Shown: positions 1 through 7,659 of the stretch, piece by piece
How positions within the stretch are numbered: position 1 is the first letter of the stretch
Layout: the number at the start of each line of letters is the position of its first letter
DNA from: a virus
Lineage: Duplodnaviria > Heunggongvirae > Uroviricota > Caudoviricetes
Direction: 5' to 3' (one strand)
Length of the DNA stretch: 24,377 bases
IMG/VR virus record: IMGVR_UViG_3300031994_000056
The notes under the pieces: model-generated
The model's input: the letters and a program-made list of their open reading frames with translations, nothing else
What the model was told of the DNA's origin: nothing
Databases searched by the model: none
Program-made: the position numbers and the translations under genes

Positions 1-1
1 T

Positions 2-256
2 GTAACAACAGATGCAGTTAAAAATAGATTTAGTGAATTTGATAACATCTTTGTGCTTGGTTTAGCAAAAGATTTCTGTGTAAAATATTCACTAAAAGAT
101 TTAAATTTCTTTAATAATAAAATCAAATTATATTTAATTAATGACTTATCTAAATCGGTTTTTCCTAAAAAAGATAAAGAATTACTTAAAGAATTTGAAG
201 GACAAGATATAAAAATAATAAATAAAAAAGAAGCGGAGGAAATAATATGTCTATAA
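2..256 (+). CDS. pncA: Nicotinamidase/pyrazinamidase (isochorismatase family), C-terminal part; gene starts upstream of the window
   Basis: The frame is open from base 2 (VTTDAVKNRFSEFDNIFVLGLAKDFCVKYSLKD...). VLGLAKDFCVKYSLKD matches the PncA GxAxDxCV-xxT/S-xxD segment holding the catalytic Cys. It overlaps pncB by 10 nt. Confidence 0.85.
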   Translation, partial: VTTDAVKNRFSEFDNIFVLGLAKDFCVKYSLKDLNFFNNKIKLYLINDLSKSVFPKKDKELLKEFEGQDIKIINKKEAEEIICL

Positions 257-1425
257 TTAAAAGTTTATTAGATACAGATTTATATAAAATCAATATGATG
301 TGTGTATACTTCAATCGTTTTCCAAATAAAGTTGGAAGATTTGAATTTAAATGTCGTAATAAAGATGTAAGATTTACAACAACAATGCTTAAAAGAATTA
401 ATGATGAGTTAGATAATTTATGTACTTTACAATTTACAAATGAAGAAATAAATTGGTTATCTAATTTAGCATGGCTTAAAAATAAAATTGGCTTCTTATC
501 ATTTCTAAAACTATTTAAGTTTGATAGAAATATGATAACAGCAGAACTTCAAGAGGGTGGAAAACTTAAAGTTTCTGCTAAAGGTCCTATCTATATGATA
601 AGTTATTTCGAAACATTTGTTCTCTCTATTGTAAGTGAAGTATATTATGATGCAACTTATCCAGAAGAAGATTGCTCTTTAGCTATGAGCAAATTAGAAA
701 AGAAAATAGGTCAGATATTATACGCTGGCAGACCATTTAAGTTCAGTGAATTTGGTGCTAGAAGAAGATTTAGTTTTGATTGGCACGAGCAAGTAGTTAA
801 AACATTAGCTAAAAAAGTACCTTCATGGGAATTTGTAGGTACATCAGATATGTATTTAGCTATGAAATATAATCTCGTTCCTCAAGGAACTATGGCACAT
901 GAGTTCCTTTGTTTAGGTCAAGCACTGGATAATGTAACATTAGAAGCATCTCAAAGATACATGTTACAACAATGGGCAGATGAGTTCAGAGGAAATTTAG
1001 GTATAGCTTTAAGTGATAATCTTGGAATAGATAAATTTCTTAAAGACTTTGATTTATATTTCGCTAAACTATTCAATGGTATAAGACAAGATAGTGGAGA
1101 TCCAATAGAAGTTGGGAATAAAATAATTGAACACTATAAAAAACTTGGTATTAATCCTTTAACCAAAACAATAGTATTTAGTGATTGTTTAGATGTTAGA
1201 AAAGCACTAGATTTGAATGAAAAATTTTCTGATAAAATTAATGTAGCCTTTGGTATAGGAACCAATTTAGTTTGTGATATGGGGAGTTTCAGTCCATTAC
1301 AATGTGTAATGAAACTTGTAGAAGTAGATGGTAAACCTGTAGCAAAGATAAGTGATAGCGATGGTAAAGTAATGTGTGAAGATGAAGATTATATAAATTA
1401 TCTCAAGTCTGTAATTAAGAGATAA
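247..1425 (+). CDS. pncB: Nicotinate phosphoribosyltransferase
   Basis: Motifs SLLDTDLYK, EFGARRRFS, GTMAHE, RQDSGDP, VFSDCL, FGIGTNL and VMKL..KPVAKISDS are PncB-type, not NadV/NAMPT-type. GGAGG RBS at about 235-239. Confidence 0.95.
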   Translation: MSIIKSLLDTDLYKINMMCVYFNRFPNKVGRFEFKCRNKDVRFTTTMLKRINDELDNLCTLQFTNEEINWLSNLAWLKNKIGFLSFLKLFKFDRNMITAELQEGGKLKVSAKGPIYMISYFETFVLSIVSEVYYDATYPEEDCSLAMSKLEKKIGQILYAGRPFKFSEFGARRRFSFDWHEQVVKTLAKKVPSWEFVGTSDMYLAMKYNLVPQGTMAHEFLCLGQALDNVTLEASQRYMLQQWADEFRGNLGIALSDNLGIDKFLKDFDLYFAKLFNGIRQDSGDPIEVGNKIIEHYKKLGINPLTKTIVFSDCLDVRKALDLNEKFSDKINVAFGIGTNLVCDMGSFSPLQCVMKLVEVDGKPVAKISDSDGKVMCEDEDYINYLKSVIKR

Positions 1426-1480
1426 TATATTAGCCGTTAAGTCAGTTAAAGTATATTAAAATATATAATAGGAGAAACAA

Positions 1481-1987
1481 ATGAAATATATAATATGTGA
1501 TTTAGACGGAACATTATTTAATGTAGAACATAGACTTCCTTTATTACAGAACTGTAGAAATGAGGAAGACTATGATAAATTTCATGCAGCACATGTTAAC
1601 GATACTATTAATGAAAATATACTTGGGATACTTAATACTTATATGATGTTAAAGAATAGTGTAAAGTTTATATTTGTTACAGGACGCCATGAAAAATTTA
1701 GGGAGTCAACTGTTAAACAACTGGATGATTTAGTTTTTTCACCAGAACAATATACGCTTTATATGAAGTCTTCCTATGAAATGTATACACCAAATTTTGT
1801 AACAACAGTATTAGAAGACTTAGCAATTAAATGTGGTTTAGATAATATATTATTTGTTTTGGACGATAGACCAGCAACAGTTAAACTTTATAGAGAAGCA
1901 GGTCTTACTTGTTTACAAGTAAAAGATTCAACTGGCTTTATTGAAGATGTAAAGAAAGAGGAAATACAAAATGAAACTAAACTTTAA
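1481..1987 (+). CDS. HAD-superfamily phosphatase, T4 PNKP 3'-phosphatase-like, standalone
   Basis: DLDGT motif I, VTGR motif II, LDDRP motif IV and C-terminal GLTCLQV. GGAG RBS. Confidence 0.8.
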   Translation: MKYIICDLDGTLFNVEHRLPLLQNCRNEEDYDKFHAAHVNDTINENILGILNTYMMLKNSVKFIFVTGRHEKFRESTVKQLDDLVFSPEQYTLYMKSSYEMYTPNFVTTVLEDLAIKCGLDNILFVLDDRPATVKLYREAGLTCLQVKDSTGFIEDVKKEEIQNETKL

Positions 1988-2291
1988 CAAACAACAGACA
2001 CTTACTATTGAAGAACTATTATTCCATAAAACTTGTGATATGTGTCCAGAACAATATGACGTTTATAAAGGAACAAAACAAGTAGGATATGTTAGATTAA
2101 GATGGGGAAATTTAACTGTAGATTTTCCAAATGCTTTAGACAAACTTATTTATTCAAAAGACTTTGGTAACGGATATAAAGGTTGTTTTAACGATGATAA
2201 TGAAAGAATACTTTACCTTAAAAAGGTAGCAAAGTGTATAAAGGAGGAGCTAAAACATGTTAACAAACGAAAAAGTAATACAAAATATTAA
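1971..2291 (+). CDS. Hypothetical phage protein
   Basis: 106 aa with RBS, overlapping both neighbours. CPEQYDV..VGYVRLRWG resembles a recurrent phage hypothetical family; function unknown. Confidence 0.7.
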   Translation: MKLNFNKQQTLTIEELLFHKTCDMCPEQYDVYKGTKQVGYVRLRWGNLTVDFPNALDKLIYSKDFGNGYKGCFNDDNERILYLKKVAKCIKEELKHVNKRKSNTKY

Positions 2292-2940
2292 AGATTGGTT
2301 TAAACAATCCGGTTCAAAAACTGCAGTAATAAATATAAGTGGCGGAGCAGATAGTACTTATGTTGCTTGGTGTTTAGTAAAAGCGTTAGGAAAAGAAAAT
2401 GTATATGGTATTCTCCAACCTAATGGTGCACAAAAAGATATTAATGATGCTTTAAAAGTAGTTACAGAATTAGGAATTAGTTATACTGTATTGAATATAG
2501 GTGATATCTATGATAAATTTAAAGTATTATTAAGTAGTAATAATCCAGACTATATTAATATTGCACCTAGAATCCGTATGACTGTGGCTTATGCAATAGC
2601 TAATGGTAGGAACGCTAGAGTAATTGGTACAGGTAATGCATCAGAAAGATATGTAGGATACTTTACAAAATGGGGAGATGGCGCTTGTGACTATAATCCT
2701 ATAAAGGATATTCTTAAAACAGACTTAATTCAAATGGGATTAGAGTTAGGAATACCAAAAGAACTTATCTGTAAAACGCCTTCGGATGGTCTTACAGGAA
2801 AAACTGATGAAGAAAAATATGGCTTTTCTTATAAAGTTTTGGATGAGTATATTAAGACTGGTGTCTGTGAAGACTATAAAATAAAAGAAAAAATAGATAG
2901 GATGCATAAAAATAGCAGGCATAAGTTTGAGGAGATTTAA
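2257..2940 (+). CDS. nadE: NH3-dependent NAD+ synthetase (no glutaminase domain)
   Basis: SGGADS PP-loop, NIAPRIRM..YAIA, VIGTGNASE..VGYFTKWGDG, PSDGL.G.TDEE and SY..LD motifs. GGAGG RBS at about 2243-2247. Confidence 0.95.
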   Translation: MLTNEKVIQNIKDWFKQSGSKTAVINISGGADSTYVAWCLVKALGKENVYGILQPNGAQKDINDALKVVTELGISYTVLNIGDIYDKFKVLLSSNNPDYINIAPRIRMTVAYAIANGRNARVIGTGNASERYVGYFTKWGDGACDYNPIKDILKTDLIQMGLELGIPKELICKTPSDGLTGKTDEEKYGFSYKVLDEYIKTGVCEDYKIKEKIDRMHKNSRHKFEEI

Positions 2941-2941
2941 A

Positions 2942-3307
2942 ATGAAATGGTTATATAGACTAGAAAGTATATCTCCTGATAGTGGTTTATGGTACAACTC
3001 TAATAATAAATACGTGTGGGGTTGTAAAAACTGTCCCGGTGATGCCAAAAATTTACCTATGGGTTATGATGAAAGATACCATATAGACGGTAAAAATTGG
3101 TTCTCTTCTTGTTCAAATAAAGAAGATTTATTGCACTGGTATAGTAAAGAAGATGCAATATTCCTAATAGAACATGGATTTGTATTTACAAGATACTTAG
3201 CAGTTGATTATCATGAGTTTAAAAAAGAAACGGTATTCTTAAAAGAAACCGCAGTCAAAAGAGAAGTTATAGATTTCATTAGTTTATTTGAAGGAGATCT
3301 AAAATGA
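2942..3307 (+). CDS. Hypothetical protein with ADP-ribosyltransferase-like R-S-E motif pattern (tentative)
   Basis: Start reassigned to ATG 2942 (GAGGAG at 2929-2934). LYR (R6), FSSCS (S56-C-S58) and KETVF (E96). The ORF is well supported; the function is inference. Confidence 0.5.
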   Translation: MKWLYRLESISPDSGLWYNSNNKYVWGCKNCPGDAKNLPMGYDERYHIDGKNWFSSCSNKEDLLHWYSKEDAIFLIEHGFVFTRYLAVDYHEFKKETVFLKETAVKREVIDFISLFEGDLK

Positions 3308-3678
3308 AGAAAATATTGATATTAATACTTTGTTTAATAATATTACCTACTATTTGTTCTGCAGATTATACTGATATGTTTAAAAATTTTTTAGTAGTGC
3401 AATTTATAACAACTTTAACATCTGCAAGTACTGGACAGAAAGCATCAGATAAAGTTGATACAAAAAGACAATATGAGAAAAAGAAAAAAGAATTTCTAAC
3501 AAAGAAATTTCCTGGACCAAAAGGAGAATTAAAACGCTGCTATATTGGTGATAGTTATCCTGAAGTATATGTGTTAACGGTAGAAAGTCATGATTATCTT
3601 ATACTTAAAACTAATGTAGGCGTTAGTCTTGCACATTCAGAAAGTTGTCCTTGCAAACAAACGGAGGAAATAAAATGA
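3304..3678 (+). CDS. Exported or membrane hypothetical protein
   Basis: N-terminal MKK plus hydrophobic stretch and CSA|D signal-peptidase-I-like site. ATGA overlaps with both neighbours. Confidence 0.7.
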   Translation: MKKILILILCLIILPTICSADYTDMFKNFLVVQFITTLTSASTGQKASDKVDTKRQYEKKKKEFLTKKFPGPKGELKRCYIGDSYPEVYVLTVESHDYLILKTNVGVSLAHSESCPCKQTEEIK

Positions 3679-4703
3679 AAAAACTAGATGCTATCGTTTA
3701 TATAGGTAGGTTTCAGCCCTTCACTAATGCTCACTATAGGATAGTGAAACAGGCAATATCTAAAGCTAAAAAACTTATTATAGTTATTGGCTCAGCAAAA
3801 CGCTCTAGATCGTTCAGAAATCCGTTTACAGCGGAAGAAAGGAAAGATATGGTATCTTCTATTAAAGATTTAAAAAAGGCAAAAATAGAGTATATACTGC
3901 AGCCTAATAGCAATTATAACTTCAACTGGTGGGTTAAAGATGTACAGGAACAAGTAGGTAAGTTAACTAAACCTGGGGATAAAATAGGAATAATAGGACA
4001 TAAAAAAGACGCTTCTTCTTATTATTTGAACTATTTTCCACAGTGGGAGTTTATCGAACTATCAGAATTAGAAGAAGGTCTATCTGCTACAAGTGTTAGA
4101 AACTTATATTTTATGGATGCTACAGCTGTAATACCAGAGTTAGGCGTACCAAAAGACGTTAAAGATTGGTTGAATAATTGGAAACGTACTAATCGAACTA
4201 TATTTGAAACAATAAAAGATGAAAAGAAATTCATTGTAGAGTATAAAAAGAAATGGGAAAACGCTCCTTTTCAACCTATATTTGTAACTACGGATGCTAT
4301 GGTTTTATGTAAAGGACATATACTTCTTATTCGTAGAAGGTTTAATCCAGGTAAAGATTTATACGGTATGCCTGGAGGGTTTATAGATCCTACAGAATAT
4401 CTTAAAGATTGTGCTGTAAGAGAACTAAAAGAAGAAACAAAAATAGATGTAGACAAAGCTGTACTTAGAAATAGTATAGAATTGACCAAAGTATTTGATG
4501 ACCCATATAGAGAAGCACGTGGACGAGGTATAACACATTGCTTTCTATTTAATTTAAACTTAAAGGATTTACCAAAAGTTAAAGGCTCGGACGATGCTTA
4601 TGGTGCTCAATGGATACCATTAGGAAGTTTAGACGAGATGCAAGACCAATTCTTTGGTGACCATTATCAGATTATAAAGAATATGCTCGGACAAATAAAC
4701 TAA
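3675..4703 (+). CDS. nadM: Bifunctional NMN/NaMN adenylyltransferase and ADP-ribose pyrophosphatase (NadM-Nudix, NatV-like)
   Basis: Start reassigned to ATG 3675 (GGAGG RBS). IGRFQPFTNAH (H/T-x-G-H variant), IGSA...RNPFTAEER, IIGHKKDASSYYL, SATSVR, Nudix box GGFIDPTEYLKDCAVRELKEET and LPKVKGSDDA. Confidence 0.93.
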   Translation: MKKLDAIVYIGRFQPFTNAHYRIVKQAISKAKKLIIVIGSAKRSRSFRNPFTAEERKDMVSSIKDLKKAKIEYILQPNSNYNFNWWVKDVQEQVGKLTKPGDKIGIIGHKKDASSYYLNYFPQWEFIELSELEEGLSATSVRNLYFMDATAVIPELGVPKDVKDWLNNWKRTNRTIFETIKDEKKFIVEYKKKWENAPFQPIFVTTDAMVLCKGHILLIRRRFNPGKDLYGMPGGFIDPTEYLKDCAVRELKEETKIDVDKAVLRNSIELTKVFDDPYREARGRGITHCFLFNLNLKDLPKVKGSDDAYGAQWIPLGSLDEMQDQFFGDHYQIIKNMLGQIN

Positions 4704-4706
4704 CAC

Positions 4707-4735
4707 TTGACAAAACAGTAATAATGTAATATTAT
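4707..4735 (+). promoter_or_regulatory. Sigma70-type promoter upstream of nrdG
   Basis: TTGACA (4707-4712), 17-nt spacer, TATTAT (4730-4735), in an intergenic region. Confidence 0.75.
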
Positions 4736-4743
4736 AGTAGAGG

Positions 4744-4782
4744 ATCACCCTATAAGGGTAACATATTATAGGGTGATTTTTT
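4744..4782 (+). terminator. Intrinsic terminator-like hairpin
   Basis: 12-bp perfect stem ATCACCCTATAA (4744-4755) / TTATAGGGTGAT (4766-4777), 10-nt loop, T-run 4777-4782. Confidence 0.8.
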
Positions 4783-4811
4783 ATCGAAGAAAAAAGGAAA
4801 TTAATTGAAAA

Positions 4812-5309
4812 ATGAATATAAATTTACAAACAACATGGCTTGATTACCCAGACAATGAAAGTTTAGCAGTTATATTTTATACATACGGATGTATACATAA
4901 ATGTAAAAATTGTCATAATTTAGACCTACAAACTCCAGTAACATCCTATCCGAGCAGTATAATTGATGAAATCTTCACGTATTGTAAGCGAAATAATACA
5001 AATAAACTTGTATTATCAGGAGGTGATTGTCTGCTTAAAGAAGTAAATTTAAACTTAACAAATACCATTATAGATAAGTATAGTAAAGAATTAAATATCT
5101 GTATCTATACAGGATATGATATTGATTATGTAAAAACCAATGTTCATAAAGGATTTAAATTTGTTAAGTGTGGTAAGTATGATGAAACTAAGAAAATTGA
5201 ACCTAACAAAACTGACACTTATTTTCAATTAGCATCCACAAATCAATGTTTATATGACAGTAGTTACCAATTATTAAGTAATAATGGTAAATATTATTTT
5301 AACAAATAG
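4812..5309 (+). CDS. nrdG: Anaerobic RNR activating enzyme (radical SAM)
   Basis: GCIHKCKNCHN (CxxxCxxC), VLSGGD, IYTGY and KCGKY motifs; directly upstream of nrdD. Confidence 0.92.
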   Translation: MNINLQTTWLDYPDNESLAVIFYTYGCIHKCKNCHNLDLQTPVTSYPSSIIDEIFTYCKRNNTNKLVLSGGDCLLKEVNLNLTNTIIDKYSKELNICIYTGYDIDYVKTNVHKGFKFVKCGKYDETKKIEPNKTDTYFQLASTNQCLYDSSYQLLSNNGKYYFNK

Positions 5310-5318
5310 GAGAAAGAA

Positions 5319-7499
5319 ATGAGTAAAGAACAACAAGAAGAATTTAAAAAACCTATTAAGGTCGATTATCCAGAGTTTAATATTGAAGATCCAGTGGAAT
5401 ATCAGAAAGAACTAGATAAAATAACAGACCAATATTTCATCAACGCGTCTACAACAAGAACTCTTAAAAATATAAGAGAAGTATTAGTTAATAAATTAAG
5501 AAAAAAATATCATTTAACTAATGGTCAACTTAAAGCAGCAGCTGATTCTATACTTAAAATTCATGGATTACATGAAGATAACTTTGATGAAACATTACAA
5601 TTCTCAAAGTTTATAAGTGCAAAGAATAATAATGAATTAAGTATTGATGGTAATGCAAATAAAACTGAAACAGGTATTAAAGCATTAATGGTAGAGTCAA
5701 CACTTGCTTCAAGAAAGCTAATCGGTTTTGATCAACTTTACAGAGTTATGGTTGATTTATACGGCAGAGAAAAAGCAAAAGAATTATCTGGAAGTATGTA
5801 TGACTTATCTTTAGCTATTGCAGACTCCACTAATTTACTAATTCCATATTGCTATGCTGCAGACTTCTCAAAACTTGTTACATTAGGAAGAGAATTTGGA
5901 AAAGAACCTTCAGCTCCAGCAAAAAGATTAAGCACATACTGTAATATTGTTTGTGATACTGTAAGAGAATTAAGCTGTCATTTAGCAGGAGCAGTAGCAA
6001 TTTCTACATTCTTTTTAGACTCTGCTCACTTATTAATATATAAAGAAAGAATTCCTTTAGAAAAAATTAAAACAAATAAAAGAGTTAGATATTATATAAA
6101 CAATTGTTACCAACAAGTTATCTATTCATTAAACCATGCTTCAAGAGATGCAGTTGAATCTCCGTTTACAAATGTATCTTGCTTTGATGAATATAAACTT
6201 AGAACACTTGTTAGTGATATGGCTTGGTATTTTCCAATGAAAATAAAAGCTCTTATAGATAATAATATGGATGATGAAGTACTTGGTCATAAAATGACTG
6301 AAGATGAATGGAAAGATTTTGTTATAGACTATATAATGACATTACAAGAAATTTATATAGATATATTCAATGAAGGTAATCCTTTAAAAGGTGGATTACA
6401 GTTTGCTTTTCCAGTTACAACTATAAACTTTTCTGTTAAATATAACGACAAAGGTGAAAGAGAAATCCAAGAACCAAACAGATTATTAAATTATGCAACA
6501 AAAAAAGACATTAAAAGATATAATGTTTATGTTAGTGAAGGGACTAAAGTAGCGTCCTGTTGCAGATTGATAAATGATACTGAAATGTCAGAACTTGCTT
6601 CGTCTGTTAATTCATTTGGAGGTTCTTCTATATCATTAGGTTCAGATAGAGTTGTTACTATTGACCTCTTAAGAATTGCTTTCGAATGTAAAGACTATGA
6701 AGATTATAAAAGAATATTGAAGTTAAGAATAGACCATTGTGCAAAGATATTAAAAGCACATAGAGTACTTATAATGAAATTAAAATCATTAGGTACACAA
6801 CCTTTTATATCAAACGGTTGGATTAACTTTGGTAGAATGTTCGGTACATATGGTTGTATCGGATACTTTGAAGCTGATAAAATATTAAAGAAAAGATTTG
6901 ATAAAGACTTTGATTATATGAAAGACTTTATGATTTATCTTAATCAAGAAGTCGATAATAAAAAGAAAGAAGTAGATGAAAACGGAAATAAATTATACAA
7001 TTTCCCAATGAACATTGAGCAGATTCCAGGTGAATCGATGGCTATTAAGATAGCTAAAGTGGATAAAATTCTTTATCCAAATGAAGAAATACCTACAGTT
7101 TTAGCTAACCAGTTTGTTTCATTATGGGAAGATAAAACAATCTATGAAAAAATGGATAGAGATGGGGAACTTAATAGACTATTAACTGGTGGTGGAATTT
7201 GTCATATACAATGCTCTGAAAAACTATCATCACATCAAGCAAAGAAACTTATTAAGTATGCCGCCAAGAGTGGTTGTGATCACTTTGCTATTAATGGTGT
7301 ATATATGAAATGTAACGATTGTAATACTGTTGTAGAAAGTAGTGGTGATACATGTCCTAAATGTGGTGGTAAACATGTAGAACATTATACAAGAGTAATT
7401 GGTTTCTTTAGTAAAGTAGAAAATTGGATACCAGAAAGACAAACAGCAGATTTTCCTAATAGAAAATTTGTTGACGTAAAAACAATTGACTCTAAATAA
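5319..7499 (+). CDS. nrdD: Class III (anaerobic) ribonucleoside-triphosphate reductase
   Basis: SPFTN, FPVTT, finger loop SCCRL, EQIPGES, GGGICHI, Zn ribbon CNDC..CPKCG and glycyl-radical loop YTRVIGFF. Confidence 0.95.
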   Translation: MSKEQQEEFKKPIKVDYPEFNIEDPVEYQKELDKITDQYFINASTTRTLKNIREVLVNKLRKKYHLTNGQLKAAADSILKIHGLHEDNFDETLQFSKFISAKNNNELSIDGNANKTETGIKALMVESTLASRKLIGFDQLYRVMVDLYGREKAKELSGSMYDLSLAIADSTNLLIPYCYAADFSKLVTLGREFGKEPSAPAKRLSTYCNIVCDTVRELSCHLAGAVAISTFFLDSAHLLIYKERIPLEKIKTNKRVRYYINNCYQQVIYSLNHASRDAVESPFTNVSCFDEYKLRTLVSDMAWYFPMKIKALIDNNMDDEVLGHKMTEDEWKDFVIDYIMTLQEIYIDIFNEGNPLKGGLQFAFPVTTINFSVKYNDKGEREIQEPNRLLNYATKKDIKRYNVYVSEGTKVASCCRLINDTEMSELASSVNSFGGSSISLGSDRVVTIDLLRIAFECKDYEDYKRILKLRIDHCAKILKAHRVLIMKLKSLGTQPFISNGWINFGRMFGTYGCIGYFEADKILKKRFDKDFDYMKDFMIYLNQEVDNKKKEVDENGNKLYNFPMNIEQIPGESMAIKIAKVDKILYPNEEIPTVLANQFVSLWEDKTIYEKMDRDGELNRLLTGGGICHIQCSEKLSSHQAKKLIKYAAKSGCDHFAINGVYMKCNDCNTVVESSGDTCPKCGGKHVEHYTRVIGFFSKVENWIPERQTADFPNRKFVDVKTIDSK

Positions 7500-7514
7500 A
7501 AAATTTAGTATAAT
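7486..7514 (+). promoter_or_regulatory. Near-consensus sigma70 promoter overlapping the nrdD 3' end
   Basis: TTGACT (7486-7491), 17-nt spacer, TATAAT (7509-7514). Predicted start about 7521-7522, at the 5' end of the tRNA-like RNA. Confidence 0.85.
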
Positions 7515-7521
7515 ATAAAAA

Positions 7522-7659
7522 GATCTTTGTATAGCTCAACGGGAGAGCGGCTTGCTTTGCAAGCGACTGTTACAGATTTATGAACTTATCACTCATAAAT
7601 TGATGGTAACATAGACTTGATATGTCGAGGTGGTGGTTCAAATCCACTTACAAAGGTCA
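7522..7659 (+). ncRNA. tRNA-shaped RNA with a 62-nt structured insert at the variable-arm position
   Basis: Acceptor CTTTGTA (7525-7531) / TACAAAG (7649-7655); TA then D arm GCTC-AACGGGA-GAGC (7534-7548); hairpin GCTTGC-TTT-GCAAGC (7550-7564); insert 7565-7626; GAGGT; T arm GGTGG-TTCAAAT-CCACT (7632-7648). No encoded CCA. Confidence 0.8.

Noticed and set aside
247-1425. Reading this PRTase as NAMPT/Namat, making the locus plain NARP1 or NARP2
   Set aside because: Motifs are PncB-type (TDLYK, EFGARRR, GTMAHE, RQDSGD), not NadV-type (TDSYK..H..QYP, HDFGxRG). PncA and NadE only make sense for the deamidated route, and no Adps/Prs-like gene is in the window.
1430-1469. Possible internal promoter before the HAD gene
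   Set aside because: TATAAT (1464-1469) has no -35 at the right distance; the alternative TTAGCC-16-TATATT is weak.
2746-3048. Minus-strand 100-aa ORF
   Set aside because: Antisense shadow of nadE and the next gene; no RBS or motif.
4031-4489. Two minus-strand ORFs (67 and 72 aa)
   Set aside because: Antisense shadows of nadM-Nudix with composition typical of reverse-complemented codons.
4713-4775. NrdR box upstream of nrdG
   Set aside because: No convincing match to the acaC(a/t)AtATaT(a/t)Gtgt palindrome.
7230-7442. Minus-strand 70-aa ORF
   Set aside because: Antisense to the conserved nrdD C-terminus.
5319-7499. Intein or intron in nrdD
   Set aside because: The ORF is continuous, of normal length, and shows no splice-junction or LAGLIDADG/HNH motifs.
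7522-7659. Calling the RNA an ordinary tRNA-Ala(UGC), a tmRNA, or a group I intron-containing tRNA
   Set aside because: No G3:U70 pair and an imperfect anticodon stem; tmRNA lacks a paired D stem and needs a tag ORF of far greater length; 62 nt is too short for a group I core; no clean bulge-helix-bulge at the junctions.
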